64,000 nt of DNA from Styela clava (lineage: Eukaryota), in NCBI RefSeq assembly GCF_964204865.1, contig NC_135250.1, positions 17,422,001 through 17,486,000 on the forward strand. The letters run 5' to 3'. The translations under genes were made by a program, and so were the position numbers. This document shows positions 25,007 to 36,789 of this stretch, piece by piece. Within the stretch, counting starts at the first letter, position 1. The number at the start of each line of letters is the position of its first letter. Below the pieces are notes generated by a model. That model saw only the letters and a program-made list of their open reading frames with translations. It made no database searches and was not told the DNA's origin.

Positions 25007-26939
25007 ATACAAAGGGTCCTTAAAATTTTCAAAGAAAAAAATACGGCTTTATTAAAGTTGTGCAAGGGAATTGAAAAAAAAAAAAAACCTAGGTAGAATC
25101 GTGACGATATAATACTACTAAAGTACTAATTGGTGTACGGAGAGGACATGTAAAGATATATCGTATAAGCTGAATATCTTATTGCTGGAAATATTTTGAC
25201 GCACTATAATCATGACATACGTGCCACGATCTCGTTAGTTTCACCTTAATTTCATGCATATACGCTGAGGACATTATACCGGAAAATTAATCATTCAATG
25301 GAAACAGAAGTAAATTACAAAAAATGTGGCAAATGGGTAAATTGAACTGAAACTTTAAAATTAATGCCGAATTAATATTTAATGACAATGCAATTTTTTT
25401 AGTCCAACCACATTATCAACAACCCACGTGTTGTGTTGGTATATTATGTGATCATTTATTTAAGTAGAACGCAAAAGAAGTAACTCAAGAAAATGATTTC
25501 CCATGGTATACCAACTTCTAAATTTTGTTTTTTTCAGGTATGGCGATCCACAAACCTCGGGTAAAAGTTTGCACCTTGTACCATTTCCCATTTCCGTGAA
25601 TCATAATCGCAATCGTAATTCCAAATAATTTAGAATTTAAAGTTATTATTCCAACTTTATTGGCCATCTTTGAATGCGATATATCACGAAGGTGAATTTT
25701 ATAAAAACAAAATGTACTAAAAGATGCGTACATTCTGATGCGATTATATAACGTTCGTCGAATTATATAGGATAGGGGAAGTCCGTGTTATATAGACTAG
25801 AGAAGTGTTGCTTTACACGCTTCTACAAACTGTGTGCGTAAAATCAGCCTGCAAAAATTTCCTTATCAATATTATCTATTTCCCTTGCGTACTAATGAAT
25901 AGACAACTAAAATGTTACCTTTAATATAAAATAAAAAGAAATGAGGCGTGAAAGAACGTAAATCACATTAATTTTATTGGTATTTTTCTGAAAACTCTTA
26001 AATATTTTTCAAAACTCTAGGCAAACAGACTATCACTTATATTTTATATATGTATGTGTCATGTGGATAGTGCAATAGTCTAAACATGGATGAAATACAG
26101 TATGAGCAACCAGCAGAGCCCGAGAGATCTCTTCATCCAATCATGAATATCGACATATTTCACATTTCGTACAGATTACCTCTATTCATTGCCTTCGTTT
26201 GACATCAGCTTTAAATATTGGATCAAGTTTAAATATTGGATGAAATTGTGTATAATTTATTAATCTTAAATGACAAACTAACAGTTTTAAGAAACCTGAA
26301 TTATGAGTTAATTTGACGAGTGAACTTGTTTGTCGAAAAAGAAAATTGATCAAGTTTCAATTCGTGCGATTTGCCGCAGTTGCAAGTCACAGTTGTTTTT
26401 TATTAAACAAATATTACTTTACCATTTTACGACAGCTTAATCATTGAAAAAACATGAAATTACATAAGAGGTCATAGTTTCTGATAAGCTGATAAGTACC
26501 TGCGAATACCAAACCATCGGTGCGGTAGCGTAATGTGCGCCTCACAAACATAAGGAATTTAATAATTCTTCCAAAAAACACAACTACATTATAGCTATAC
26601 AAATACAACTATGTAACGTATAAGGCAACTTCTTTCAATAAGATAGAATCTTCTACAATATTGATCGTCTTCTAAAAGGTAATTTAGTCCCCCATTGTTT
26701 CTTTCAGTCGAGTTGTCCTGTTGTAATGGATATATCCTTTAAGATCCCTGGCATATATCAGTTTAGATCCCTTTTCAATTACATCAATTTTATTTCTGCA
26801 TCAAAGTTTCACTGAAAAGTAGAAGAGTGTCAAAAATACTTGTGGTTGTATGATATTGTGGTCTGTATGATTCATACAAAAGTTGATTGATAACGAACAA
26901 TGCAGACCTTAAAGAAAATACTCAAAATATCGTATAATG

Positions 26940-29031
26940 CAGGGTGCACAACTCAAATGAGGATATGTGCCAAATTTTTCAAAATAATCTTGTCGCATGC
27001 CAGGCACAATTGTTGGTATTGTAAACGAACTCCCGTATAACATATATCAAACAAATTTTAATAACAATACATAACAACGAATATCTATTTATTGAAACGA
27101 TTTAATGCCGTGAAAAAACGCTGATTTGAAGACGTTTTTGTTGGACCAAATTTGAAATGTTAGGCTTCAAAGAAGAAATAGCGATGTGCATCACTGAATC
27201 TATATGCTAATTTAGTAAACGAGTCCGTAGCTGGAATGATTGAGAATGCCTGTTAACAACTGTACGTGCTTGCAAATTTACAATTCCAGACTTTTTCATT
27301 TCTCAACAAAACTGGATAATTCTCTTATTCGAGGCGACAGTAGAACTCAAGTAATGAATTTTGTTGGAAAACATCTCGCAAAACTTGGTTTGACCTCAAA
27401 TCCAGAAGTTCCAGTTGAGCGTCAGCGTCTTCAATACATATCATTCAACATCCACACTGAATGGTCTTTGAAATAAATTCATTTGCGCCTTCCGGTCATT
27501 AAGATCTTGAAAGCGTTTTGAAAAGATTTGACGAAAGTCACCGCACATTATGGCATAGCCTACTTCTCAAAGTCAGGAACCAAGATTGCCTTTTTTTGTT
27601 TCAAAAACAAAGACGTACTTTTAAACTGGATCATGTTGCCAGTTGATAGTTGCATTATGATACATAGGTTGTAACTCTGCTGTGTATTATCTATCAAAAA
27701 CGTAATATCCGGCAACCGAGTATTGTCACATAAGTGCGTCAAAACATCATCACCATTTTTGGTCTTCAGTGTTGGACTCTTTTCCTGTAAAAATATTTTA
27801 ATTTCTTCGAAAAGGCTAAGAAAGCGCTGCAAAACTCTCCCTAGACTTAACCAGAGAACTTGAGAATGATGCACTAAGTCCTTGTATTGTGTATTCATCT
27901 CCAACAAGAATGCTCAAAATTGGCGGTGCTTCAATCCTTTCGACAGAATTTCATTCACACATTTCACAATAACGCCCTTAACATGGGTCATCTTTATACT
28001 TTGAGCACAAAGAGACTCTAGGACTAGGTGAATGAAGCAGTGAATGGTAATAATGTCCTGTATGAAAACAGATTCTTGCAAGTACTTTTCCAATAGCGCC
28101 ACCGCACCGTTTTCTTTACCAGTCATAGAAGCTGCCCCATCTGTTGTCAATCCAATTAATTTTATAGTGAAACGCATTCAACACATCTTCTTTTATATCT
28201 ACCCCACCTGTTGTGTCATAAAGAGGAATAAGTCCAACAAGATCTTCATAAGCAGATAGGTCTTTTACTACAGCGCGAACTGATAATTGCTCAGTATCAC
28301 TCATATCACAGCTTTTATCAACAAAAGCCAGTGGAAAATTTTCGAAGGTATCTACTTTCGATTGCAGTTGCTTATTAGGATTTTCGCCAATTTCTTCAAT
28401 TCTTCTAGCAATGGTAGTCTTCGAAAGGCTGATTCTCGAACAAACTCGCCATCTGCCTGGAATAGCGAGCAACTTCTTCTGCTAAAACATAAGATGCAAC
28501 GATGGCGTTTTCCATTTTCCCCGATGGGCTTTTCAAATACGCCCTGTTGCACGCCCAGGGAATTTTTTAGTTTCAGCACTAAACTTTCTCTCGGCTTTCG
28601 GACAGTTTTATTATCATATTTGTGTTGATGTAGCGCGTTATGGTGTCTCTTCACATTGAAGGCTTTTAAAATAGAAAAAGTTGTGCCACAAACCAAGAAT
28701 AAGGTCTTCTGCTTATATTCGACAAAGAGATATTCGCTTGTCCACGAGTCTTAAAATACACGATTCTCATTTTCTTTTTTTTTGCAGCAAATGGATTTAC
28801 TCATTGCTGCAATCAGTGCGAATTTAGGTGTTAATTAATTTTAGCAACTACCTTCTGAAAACAGGGCCACGAGCTAGCAATGTGTGGATAAACAAGATCA
28901 TTAAAGTTTCTTTTAATATAATGGTGATATTTTGATGTTTATCATAAAAAATTTACAAAACCGTTCGCGTGCCACGTTTGAGCATATGGCGTGCCAAATT
29001 TGGTACGCGTGCCCTGTGTTGTGCACCCCTG
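26940..29031 (-). mobile_element. Decayed full-length hAT transposon (SPIN/Buster, GTF2IRD2/EPM2AIP1-like transposase)
   Basis: TIRs CAGGG(G)TGCACAAC at both ends enclosing a frameshifted transposase; TSD not cleanly preserved. Confidence 0.88.
27102..28804 (-). pseudogene. hAT transposase pseudogene
   Basis: Motifs across several frames: ENRVF..SWTSEYLF, LKAFNVKRHH, ISLSKTTIARRIEEIG, DKSCDMSDTEQL, LTTDGAASMTGKENG, IHCFIH, GLKHRQF, VLWLSLGRVLQRFLSL, LKPNISNLVQQKRLQIS. Confidence 0.9.
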
Positions 29032-29569
29032 GGCCATAATGGACCCATAGTGACGAGGAAATCCGCTTTCAAAAAAGAGCAAAGTGGAGCGGATAGCCTA
29101 CACTCTTGACATGGACATTACCACTGGCCAATGTTTTGCCAATTTCTTATTTTGGATCAAATTTTTTCGGTAGATGGCATGAGTGAGCGATAACTGTTAT
29201 CTTTTTGAAAACATCTTTGAAAGATTATCTGGGGAACTCGCGTGGTACAGGATGTCGACTTTTCACGTTTATTGGACACGGAATTGACCTATGGACCGCT
29301 CTGTTATTATGTTGTTGTTGTGAAAAAATTGCTCTTCTCTTTAACTGCTGAACCAATTGTCTTGACGTTTTCAGTGGTTAAAGCTTGTTGTTGTTGCTAT
29401 TAATTCTAAAACAGCTGTGGGCTCCATGAGATACGTTTTTCAGTTCGAAAAAAAAAATGTGATGCGTAGTTCATTCTCAATTTTCTACGCACTGTACGTC
29501 AAGTATTGAATTACAGATAAGAATATTACGTGTTCCAAAATGTATGCTACTAATGATTAGTGATTGAGA

Positions 29570-30027
29570 TTTACATTTAAATTTGAATCAGAAAATATAG
29601 ACAATTGATTTAACTTTAAATGTCCAACCCAGATTCGTGTTAAGTGGCAAATAGATAGAATCATGGATATTTCCTTCTAGAACAGGGGTTCTCAAACTTT
29701 TGGTGTTGCGGAGCCCTTGAAAAGGTTGACTATTTAATTTTACATTTAAATTTGAATCAGAAAATATAGACAATTAATTTAACTTTAAATGTCCAACCCA
29801 GATTCGTGTTAAGTGGCAAATAGATAGAATCATGGATATTTTCTTCTAGAACAGGGGTTCTCAAACTTTTGGTGTTGCGGAGCCCTTGAAAAGGTTGACT
29901 ATTTAATTTTACATTTAAATTTGAATCAGAAAATATAGACAATTAATTTAACTTTAAATGTCCAACCCAGATTCGTGTTAAGTGGCAAATAGATAGAATC
30001 ATGGATATTTTCTTCTAGAATCTAGAA
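29570..30027. repeat. 169-bp tandem repeat x2.7 containing a Buster/Charlie-type transposon end
   Basis: Units start at 29570, 29739 and 29908; TTCTAGAA followed by CAGGGGTTCTCAAAC at 29683 and 29852. Confidence 0.9.
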
Positions 30028-31620
30028 TATAGCATATATCGAGTGAAAGTATATTCAAAATATATCTACAGTGTTCCCAATCTTCCTCCCTCCGCTGACC
30101 ATTGACGGCTCGTAATCATCAAGTTTGCTTGCTCGTAGGGGCCGAAAATTGAGGGTGCCATCTTGGGCAAAAAGGGGTGCATGACTGCACATACAAGCCA
30201 TTGCATGGCGGAATCAAAATAGGGCGTCTGTGATTCGAATTTTTAGATCTTGTATTAAAAAACAGTAACGGTGTTTTATTCACAAGTCAAGTCATTTGAC
30301 GAAGCATGCTTTAGTGTGCAGATTGTATTCCACCTTTTAATCTCTTTACTCGATTGTTTTACCACCTTTATACTGCCGTCCCATACGGCATTCTCTAAAG
30401 ATAACCAGTCGGGGTAAAAGTAAAGCGCAAAAACAAATAACGCTAGGAATAAAGACTATTACATAATTGAAATAGTTTTTTTTATACAATCCATTTAATC
30501 TTATTTACATTTTTAAATATGCCGTTGGGGGTAACAATTACCAGGCCATAGCAATAAACAAGTGTTGTTATTACCATAGATCTAATACCATACCATAGGT
30601 CTAGTCCAGTACCATTTTGGTTTAAAAGCTGAAATCAGAGTAAATACAGGGTTACTAGACTTTAAAAAAATTCATGGAAAATAAACGGCGTATCTGAACC
30701 TCCCTTTTTTCATTTTCGTTCACAGAATTAAATGATTTAATGCACGATTTTAGAGGTTAATTATTTCATTATTCCTTTAATCCTCTGATGCAACGAATGC
30801 GAATATTTAGTTATTGACATATGTGCATATGAATATATATAATCATTATCGACGAATCATTCTTGAATCGATCACGAAGGTTAATATGCATGTTTTGTCT
30901 GCCTGTCATTTACAGGAAGTAATTGTACTGCAAAATGATCGACATGCGTCAGACTGAATTACAAATCTTAAATAGAAATGTGGCTATTGTTATGTTGTTA
31001 CATAATAACCAGAAAACCACGTCAACGGAAACGTAATTTTCCAATTATTACGGACTAACTTCATTGATAAATCGATCACTCGAAGCATGGGAAATGAAAA
31101 ATTTCATATACTAAAAGTACCGACATTTATATAAACGAAAACAGAATTTGATGTTTCATTGATATACTCGTACATTCAATATATTTGTCTAAAGAACAAA
31201 TCTTTTCGACTAGTTTATACATAACTTGCGCTTTTCGTGCATAACTGACGCATGAACACTAATAAATTTGGTAGAAATGGCGAGATTACCGACTAACAGT
31301 TTTCATAACAAAATAAGTGAAATTAATTTCATTGAAAATATAGGAGAATAATCAACATGCTCCATTCCAGTAATACAGTAGCAATACACTATTTACGTAT
31401 AATACGTCAATTTTTTCATTATTTTCGATATCTGTTTTGTGTTCGTATTACCGATAGAATTAAAGCCCTTTGTTTGTCGTTTAAAAAATATTACCCATTT
31501 GTCACTTTTCAAAAACTAAATTATGCGAATGAATTTTGCTGTCTGACCTGCTCATATGTTTTGATGCATATAAAATAGGTGATTCCCGTCATAGCATTTT
31601 ACAGTGGCTAACAGATTCAT

Positions 31621-31992
31621 TATTACTTATCGATCTTGATTGTTACTTATCGATCATTGGTAAGTATCGATGATTGGTAAGTATGTTGATAGGTATTTGT
31701 TTGTCTGTCTGTTTGTTTGTTTGTCTGTTAGACACTTTCGTATTTAACGCGATATCTCACGAAAGCGAGGTTGAATCTGCTTCAAATTTTTTATGTACAT
31801 TTATCATATCTCGGACCAGAAGACTATTGATTTTGGATGAAATATGTCGTATAATTAGCGAGGTATTAATTAATTAGTGATGGGACACATGGTGTCGCTA
31901 TGAAGTAAGATCGGAGAGCAGTTTCTGTTTTGGGGACCCCCTAACTTTCGATCGATAAGTCTTCGGTCTCCGACCGATATTCTCGTTTTATT
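31621..31992 (+). mobile_element. Helentron-associated (HINE/DINE-1-like) non-autonomous element
   Basis: Sub-terminal inverted repeat ACTTATCGATC (31624, 31645) / GATCGATAAGT (31950), GTCT/GTTT microsatellite, 3' hairpin TCGGTC-tcc-GACCGA (31963-31977) and T-rich end. Confidence 0.75.
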
Positions 31993-32507
31993 AGTTGTTC
32001 AACCCATATTGCTTATACGTCATATTGAAATTAAGTTTTTACGAATACAAATATACAGACATTATGAGTAGATCATATCGTATTCATTTAATCCTTGTTC
32101 GTTTAAAGAAAAAAAAACTAACTGAACTTTGTTCTAGCGCACATGTCACCATCCTGATGAAGTTCATGTTTTGGAAGATATATGGATTTACAGAAATCTG
32201 TGTTAATATTTCTCATAGCTAATATCTAAGAACATGAATTATTTTATTGAATTATTTGCATTCCGTGGAAATTCAACAATTCGAAATGAATAGTAGTTTC
32301 AAGTCAAATAATACAAAAGCATGCGATATGATACTGTGCTCGTGTTAGGTCAAAATTAGGTCAAACAGCGTGTTTTGCCTACTAGTATTACAATTATCGA
32401 TGCAGTTTTAAGAAAATTGGTCACAGGCATGAAGACGACGTAAACAAAACGACTATCACATTTACCGAACATTCAGACATTAAGTTTTCTAATTAGACTG
32501 TGATTAC

Positions 32508-32858
32508 GGAAGTCATCAGAACATGATTTGACGAAGAAGAAATCTATTGTTGAAACGATTTTTTGTAAATATGAATATTCATTCAGTGATTGGAACTCAG
32601 AAGTCTAATATAAATATGAAATACAATAGTAGGAATGCAATGAAACAGACGTAGCAGAAGATTTTTCCAAAACTGCTGTCATCTGTCATGAAGTCATCAG
32701 AACACAGAACAAAATTTGAGGAAGCAATCCATTGTTGAAATAATTTTTTGTCATTTTGAATATTCATTCAGTAAATGGAACTTAAAACTCTAATATATAT
32801 GATATACAATAGTGGGAATGCAATGAAACAGACGCAGCAGAACGATTTTTTCGAAAAT
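32508..32858. repeat. Diverged ~180-bp tandem duplication
   Basis: gaagtcatcagaaca...gaatattcattcagt...ggaatgcaatgaaacagacg occurs at ~32508 and ~32690. Confidence 0.8.
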
Positions 32859-32901
32859 TCTGTATTGAAAAGCTTTAGTAACACATCGGTTTTCATACGA
32901 A

Positions 32902-33549
32902 ACGAATGAAAATACAAAACCAATACATTCAAATTTATCGTGTGGTTTATAAATTTATCGTTTATAAAATTATACAATTTACAATCTAAATTGGTCATGA
33001 TAGTGTAAGTTTCTTCCCTTTTCATTTCCGTGACGCATATTACAGGGAAATCTACTGCATTCTGAATTTGTTCGTAGGATAAATGTTCCACCCACATGAA
33101 GTTTGCTACAATTGAGACATTGCATTCCATCCGTATGAGTCGTGCAATGCATGCGAAGCGGACATTTTACAAAAATCACGGAATTGTGAAACAAAACGTT
33201 TACTCGTATCATATCAGTCAATCATTGAGAGCTTTTTATGTTGAAGTGTTAGAGGTTTGCGTTATTGCTATTAAAAACTCAATAAAGAACTTGAGCTTTC
33301 ACATTTATATTATATATGTATTCTAACATAGTCTATATAAGTGTACCTCTAATACATCTGAATACTTGCTAACAAATGCTGAAATAATTACGTCGATAAA
33401 CGTAAGAGATTTCGAATGAAAATACAAAACTAATACTTTTAAATTTATAGTGTGGAGTTTATAAATTTATCGTTTATAAAATCATACAATTTACATACTA
33501 AATTGGTCATGATAGTGTTATTTTATTCCCTCTTCATTTCCGTGACGCA
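32902..33549. repeat. ~137-bp direct repeat pair (32902-33038 and 33413-33549)
   Basis: cgaatgaaaatacaaaac...tttataaatttatcgtttataaaat...catttccgtgacgca in both. Confidence 0.8.
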
Positions 33550-34099
33550 AGTAAGGAACATTCTTATTAACTTAAAATGATATCTTAAATAAGGTATTTA
33601 CATCCTTGTTAATTCTAAACTGAAATAATTCCGTGATCATAACAAAATTTGTGTTTACAACGATACTGACAAACATGAATTTCTGCAAAATCTATCTTTT
33701 TCCCAAGCATTGACGTCAATGCAGGTCTAAGCATATACATTTGAGAACAGTAATGGTTTTACATTAGACTGCATAAATACAGTTGACAGATAGCAATGGC
33801 ACAAATTTAAAGTTTTATTTAAATACCGCATTTAGATTAGATGGATACGTGAGAAAATTATTTCAATGAAATTGCGTTTAAACAGCAATTTCTCCCATTC
33901 AATTTTGATACCACCAGTGTCTCGCGCCCTGTGAATGTCTATATGTATGATTACTATTTCTGGCTCTTCCTAGATTTTCGCAGAGATTTCTCCATATCGA
34001 TGCAAACGAGAGAATTTTTCGCGCTGGCGTGATGCAGTAATCTCTCGTATTTTATACAAATCTCCGTGAGTGATCAAAATAGACCTGACAGAAATTGCA

Positions 34100-34106
34100 T
34101 ATAAAT
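34100..34106 (+). promoter_or_regulatory. TATA box, paralog 4
   Basis: TATAAAT ~120 nt upstream of donor AAG|gtatgc (34223); TGACGTCA at 33711. Confidence 0.55.
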
Positions 34107-34406
34107 GCGTGTTGCATCCATCAGTCCTCACTCTTAACGCTGAAATCGACGAAGCCAAGTAAAAGTAAGGACAACTAAGTTTCTAATCCACACGACAACG
34201 AGGAAACGCCAACATTTTCAAGGTATGCAAGTTTAATATATATACTTTGTATTTTAAGTTGTACATAACTACTGCATTTGCTGAATTATTATAGCAATGT
34301 ACTAGTACATAATTTTTAACAATACGTCTACATTATTATTATTATTACATTATTATAAGTGACAATTATTGACATTCTATTAATCTTCGTGTATCTCTTA
34401 ATTCAG

Positions 34407-35372
34407 ATGACTAACGGATTAACAATCACCGCCTGCATTGTATGTTTAATCGTATGTGTAACTGCTGATTGCTTCAGAGAAATTGGATGCTCTCGCAAGG
34501 GTAAAGAATTTGAAATAGGAAAAAGATGGCGATCAAGAGAACATCAATGTCATAGCTGCAAGTGCGTGGAAGCCAAGAAATATGTGGTAGGTTCCAATAT
34601 CTTTGAATAGAAAGAACGTACTCTTTTTTTAGACTTTTTTTACATGACACTATATTAATATATATAATTTCTGATTCAAATCCTAAACTTGTTTCATTTT
34701 ATACAGCTGGAATGTCAAGTTGCCATCGAGAAGAAAATTAAAGATTCTGTGAAGAAAAGTAAATTATCGGCGCACTTTGACACTTCGATCCAGTATGCAG
34801 AAGATGAAGATGTTAAAATTACGGAAAAAGAAGCAAAAGACAAAAAATGTCCCCCTACCAAAGCACCGACATATAACTGGGCTACCGGTACTTTCGACCC
34901 CATCACATACAAGACAGTATATTATTACTACAAAAGAAAAGAATCCAGATGTTGCAGCCGGTTAGTATTTTTTCAGACATTATTTCAGCTTGAGAATAAT
35001 AACCACCATAGATACCTAACTAATTATCTACTAACATGCCTACTTTTCAAAAAAGGTGAAATCCCACTGTGCGCCTAAACATTACGAATCCGATTTTAGA
35101 AATATTCCTCGATATTCACAACGAGAATAGTATTTTATGTAGCACATTATAGAGCAAGGTAGCAAGCTATATTGTGTTTCCATTAGTCTCAACAGAGTTA
35201 CAAATAACACGACTAAATTTTAATGAATGTTTGTTTACGTTACAGTTCCGTTCATTTTACCAACATTCATCCTTCGTGTAAAGTTGTCAAGGTCAACAAA
35301 TGCAGATCAAAAGTTGTAAAAAAATCGAATCCAAATGAAAGATGCTTCATGTCGATGTCTTTCAAAGGCTGA
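34407..35372 (+). CDS. MSMB/PSP94-like secreted Cys-rich protein, paralog 4; join(34407..34586,34707..34960,35246..35372); non-coding exon 1 ends at 34222
   Basis: MTNGLTITACIVCLIVCVTA-DCFREIGCSRKGKEFEIGKRWRSREHQCHSCKCVEAKKYV|LECQVAIEKKIKDSVKKSKLSAHFDTSIQYAEDEDVKITEKEAKDKKCPPTKAPTYNWATGTFDPITYKTVYYYYKRKESRCCSR|SVHFTNIHPSCKVVKVNKCRSKVVKKSNPNERCFMSMSFKG*. AATAAA at 35799. Confidence 0.88.
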
Positions 35373-36714
35373 GATGCGTTGAATTTCTATTGGTTAAGCA
35401 AGAACAGACGTTCTTGATACACTGACTATTTCAGCACAGATATCAAATACAATTATCGGGATGACTCTGCTGCAAGAACTAGTCATGAAATTCACGCGTG
35501 TACTATATTTTTTCTCCGATTCTGACGGATGCATTTCTTATTTTTATTCGATCTACTGTAATATTTATATTTTACGTTGGTTTTATTCTGTTTGCGTTTT
35601 AAAGTTCTTCTAGTTAGATTATAATAGATTTTCTAATCGGAAACTGTAATATCCTCACAATCCTAATATGTAAGATATGACATGATACGATGGAAATAAT
35701 GTTCCAATTATTGTTTTTCGTTCTTTTTTCTTTATCGGTTTATCATGCATATATGAAATATTATTCAGATTTGTGTCAACATTTTTTTGAAAAATAACAA
35801 TAAACGTTTAAAAATATACATACAACGATTTTATATTTCTGTTGTTAATACTAAACGGCACCTTAAATTGTCAACAAGGCGACAAGGAAATATTCTTATT
35901 ACTACCAATTTTGAGCTGAAACGTACGTGACCATGCATATCTAACAACAGAATAGGACGCATAAAATTATTTGCAGTAGATAGGTGGGTGTTCGGACTCA
36001 TTTTTACGCGTAAGGCCAACAAGAGACAGAAAGAGGCAAGCGAAGATCTCGGAAGCCAGATCTCGGAAATACTAAATTATTATTTTGAAGTGTTGACGTA
36101 GAATGGAAAAATGAAATTATCAAATCAAATAAATTTTATATAGAATTTAAAAATGGAGACCACGACTTCAAATAATTCAAAAAACTGCACACGGTACTAC
36201 CACGACTCAAGAATCCGACGTGGCCGATTTGGTCTGGAGTTGGTTCTGGTTGGCAAAGAATGAAACGACTATTTACTGGACTTGAAGTATTATGAAAGTT
36301 TGCATTGCTGTACGATGTACGTCCTCGAGTACATTTTTTTGTTTCAATTTTATTTTAACTTCATCGATATTCAAAATTACTTCAAAATCACTTCATCAAA
36401 ATTACTGATTCAAACTATAATGAAACTTCTAAACAAGTATCACTAAATAGCATCAAATTATGAGATAGTTTCAAAATAATCTGATTTATTATGAGATGGG
36501 TAAATTACAATACAGTCCCATAATTCATATATTAAATTTCAATACAAGCGAGTCTACATCTACATCTTGACATCTTGTGTTGTAATAATGCACGCTTACA
36601 CGAAATAATACAATGAACAATGAAAATTTGTCTTAAATCAATATCGAACTTGCAGAACTTGAACTTGCCGCCGTTATGCAGTTTGCTTAGACTGGCAAAA
36701 TAAGTGGAAAGTGT

Positions 36715-36789
36715 TTTTTTGGTAGCCGATCGACGAAAATACTTCAGTTTTAAACCGGTAGGTTTGGAGAAAAGGGTTGCTGACCCCTG
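36715..36789 (+). mobile_element. Isolated Buster/SPIN-type hAT terminus
   Basis: ggtagccgatcgac...AAAAGGGTTGCTGACCCCTG (reverse complement CAGGGGTCAGCAACC). Confidence 0.55.

Noticed and set aside
26930-29040. 8-bp TSD for the SPIN/Buster-like element
   Set aside because: The flanks share ATAATG only with a 2-bp offset, so no clean duplication can be claimed.
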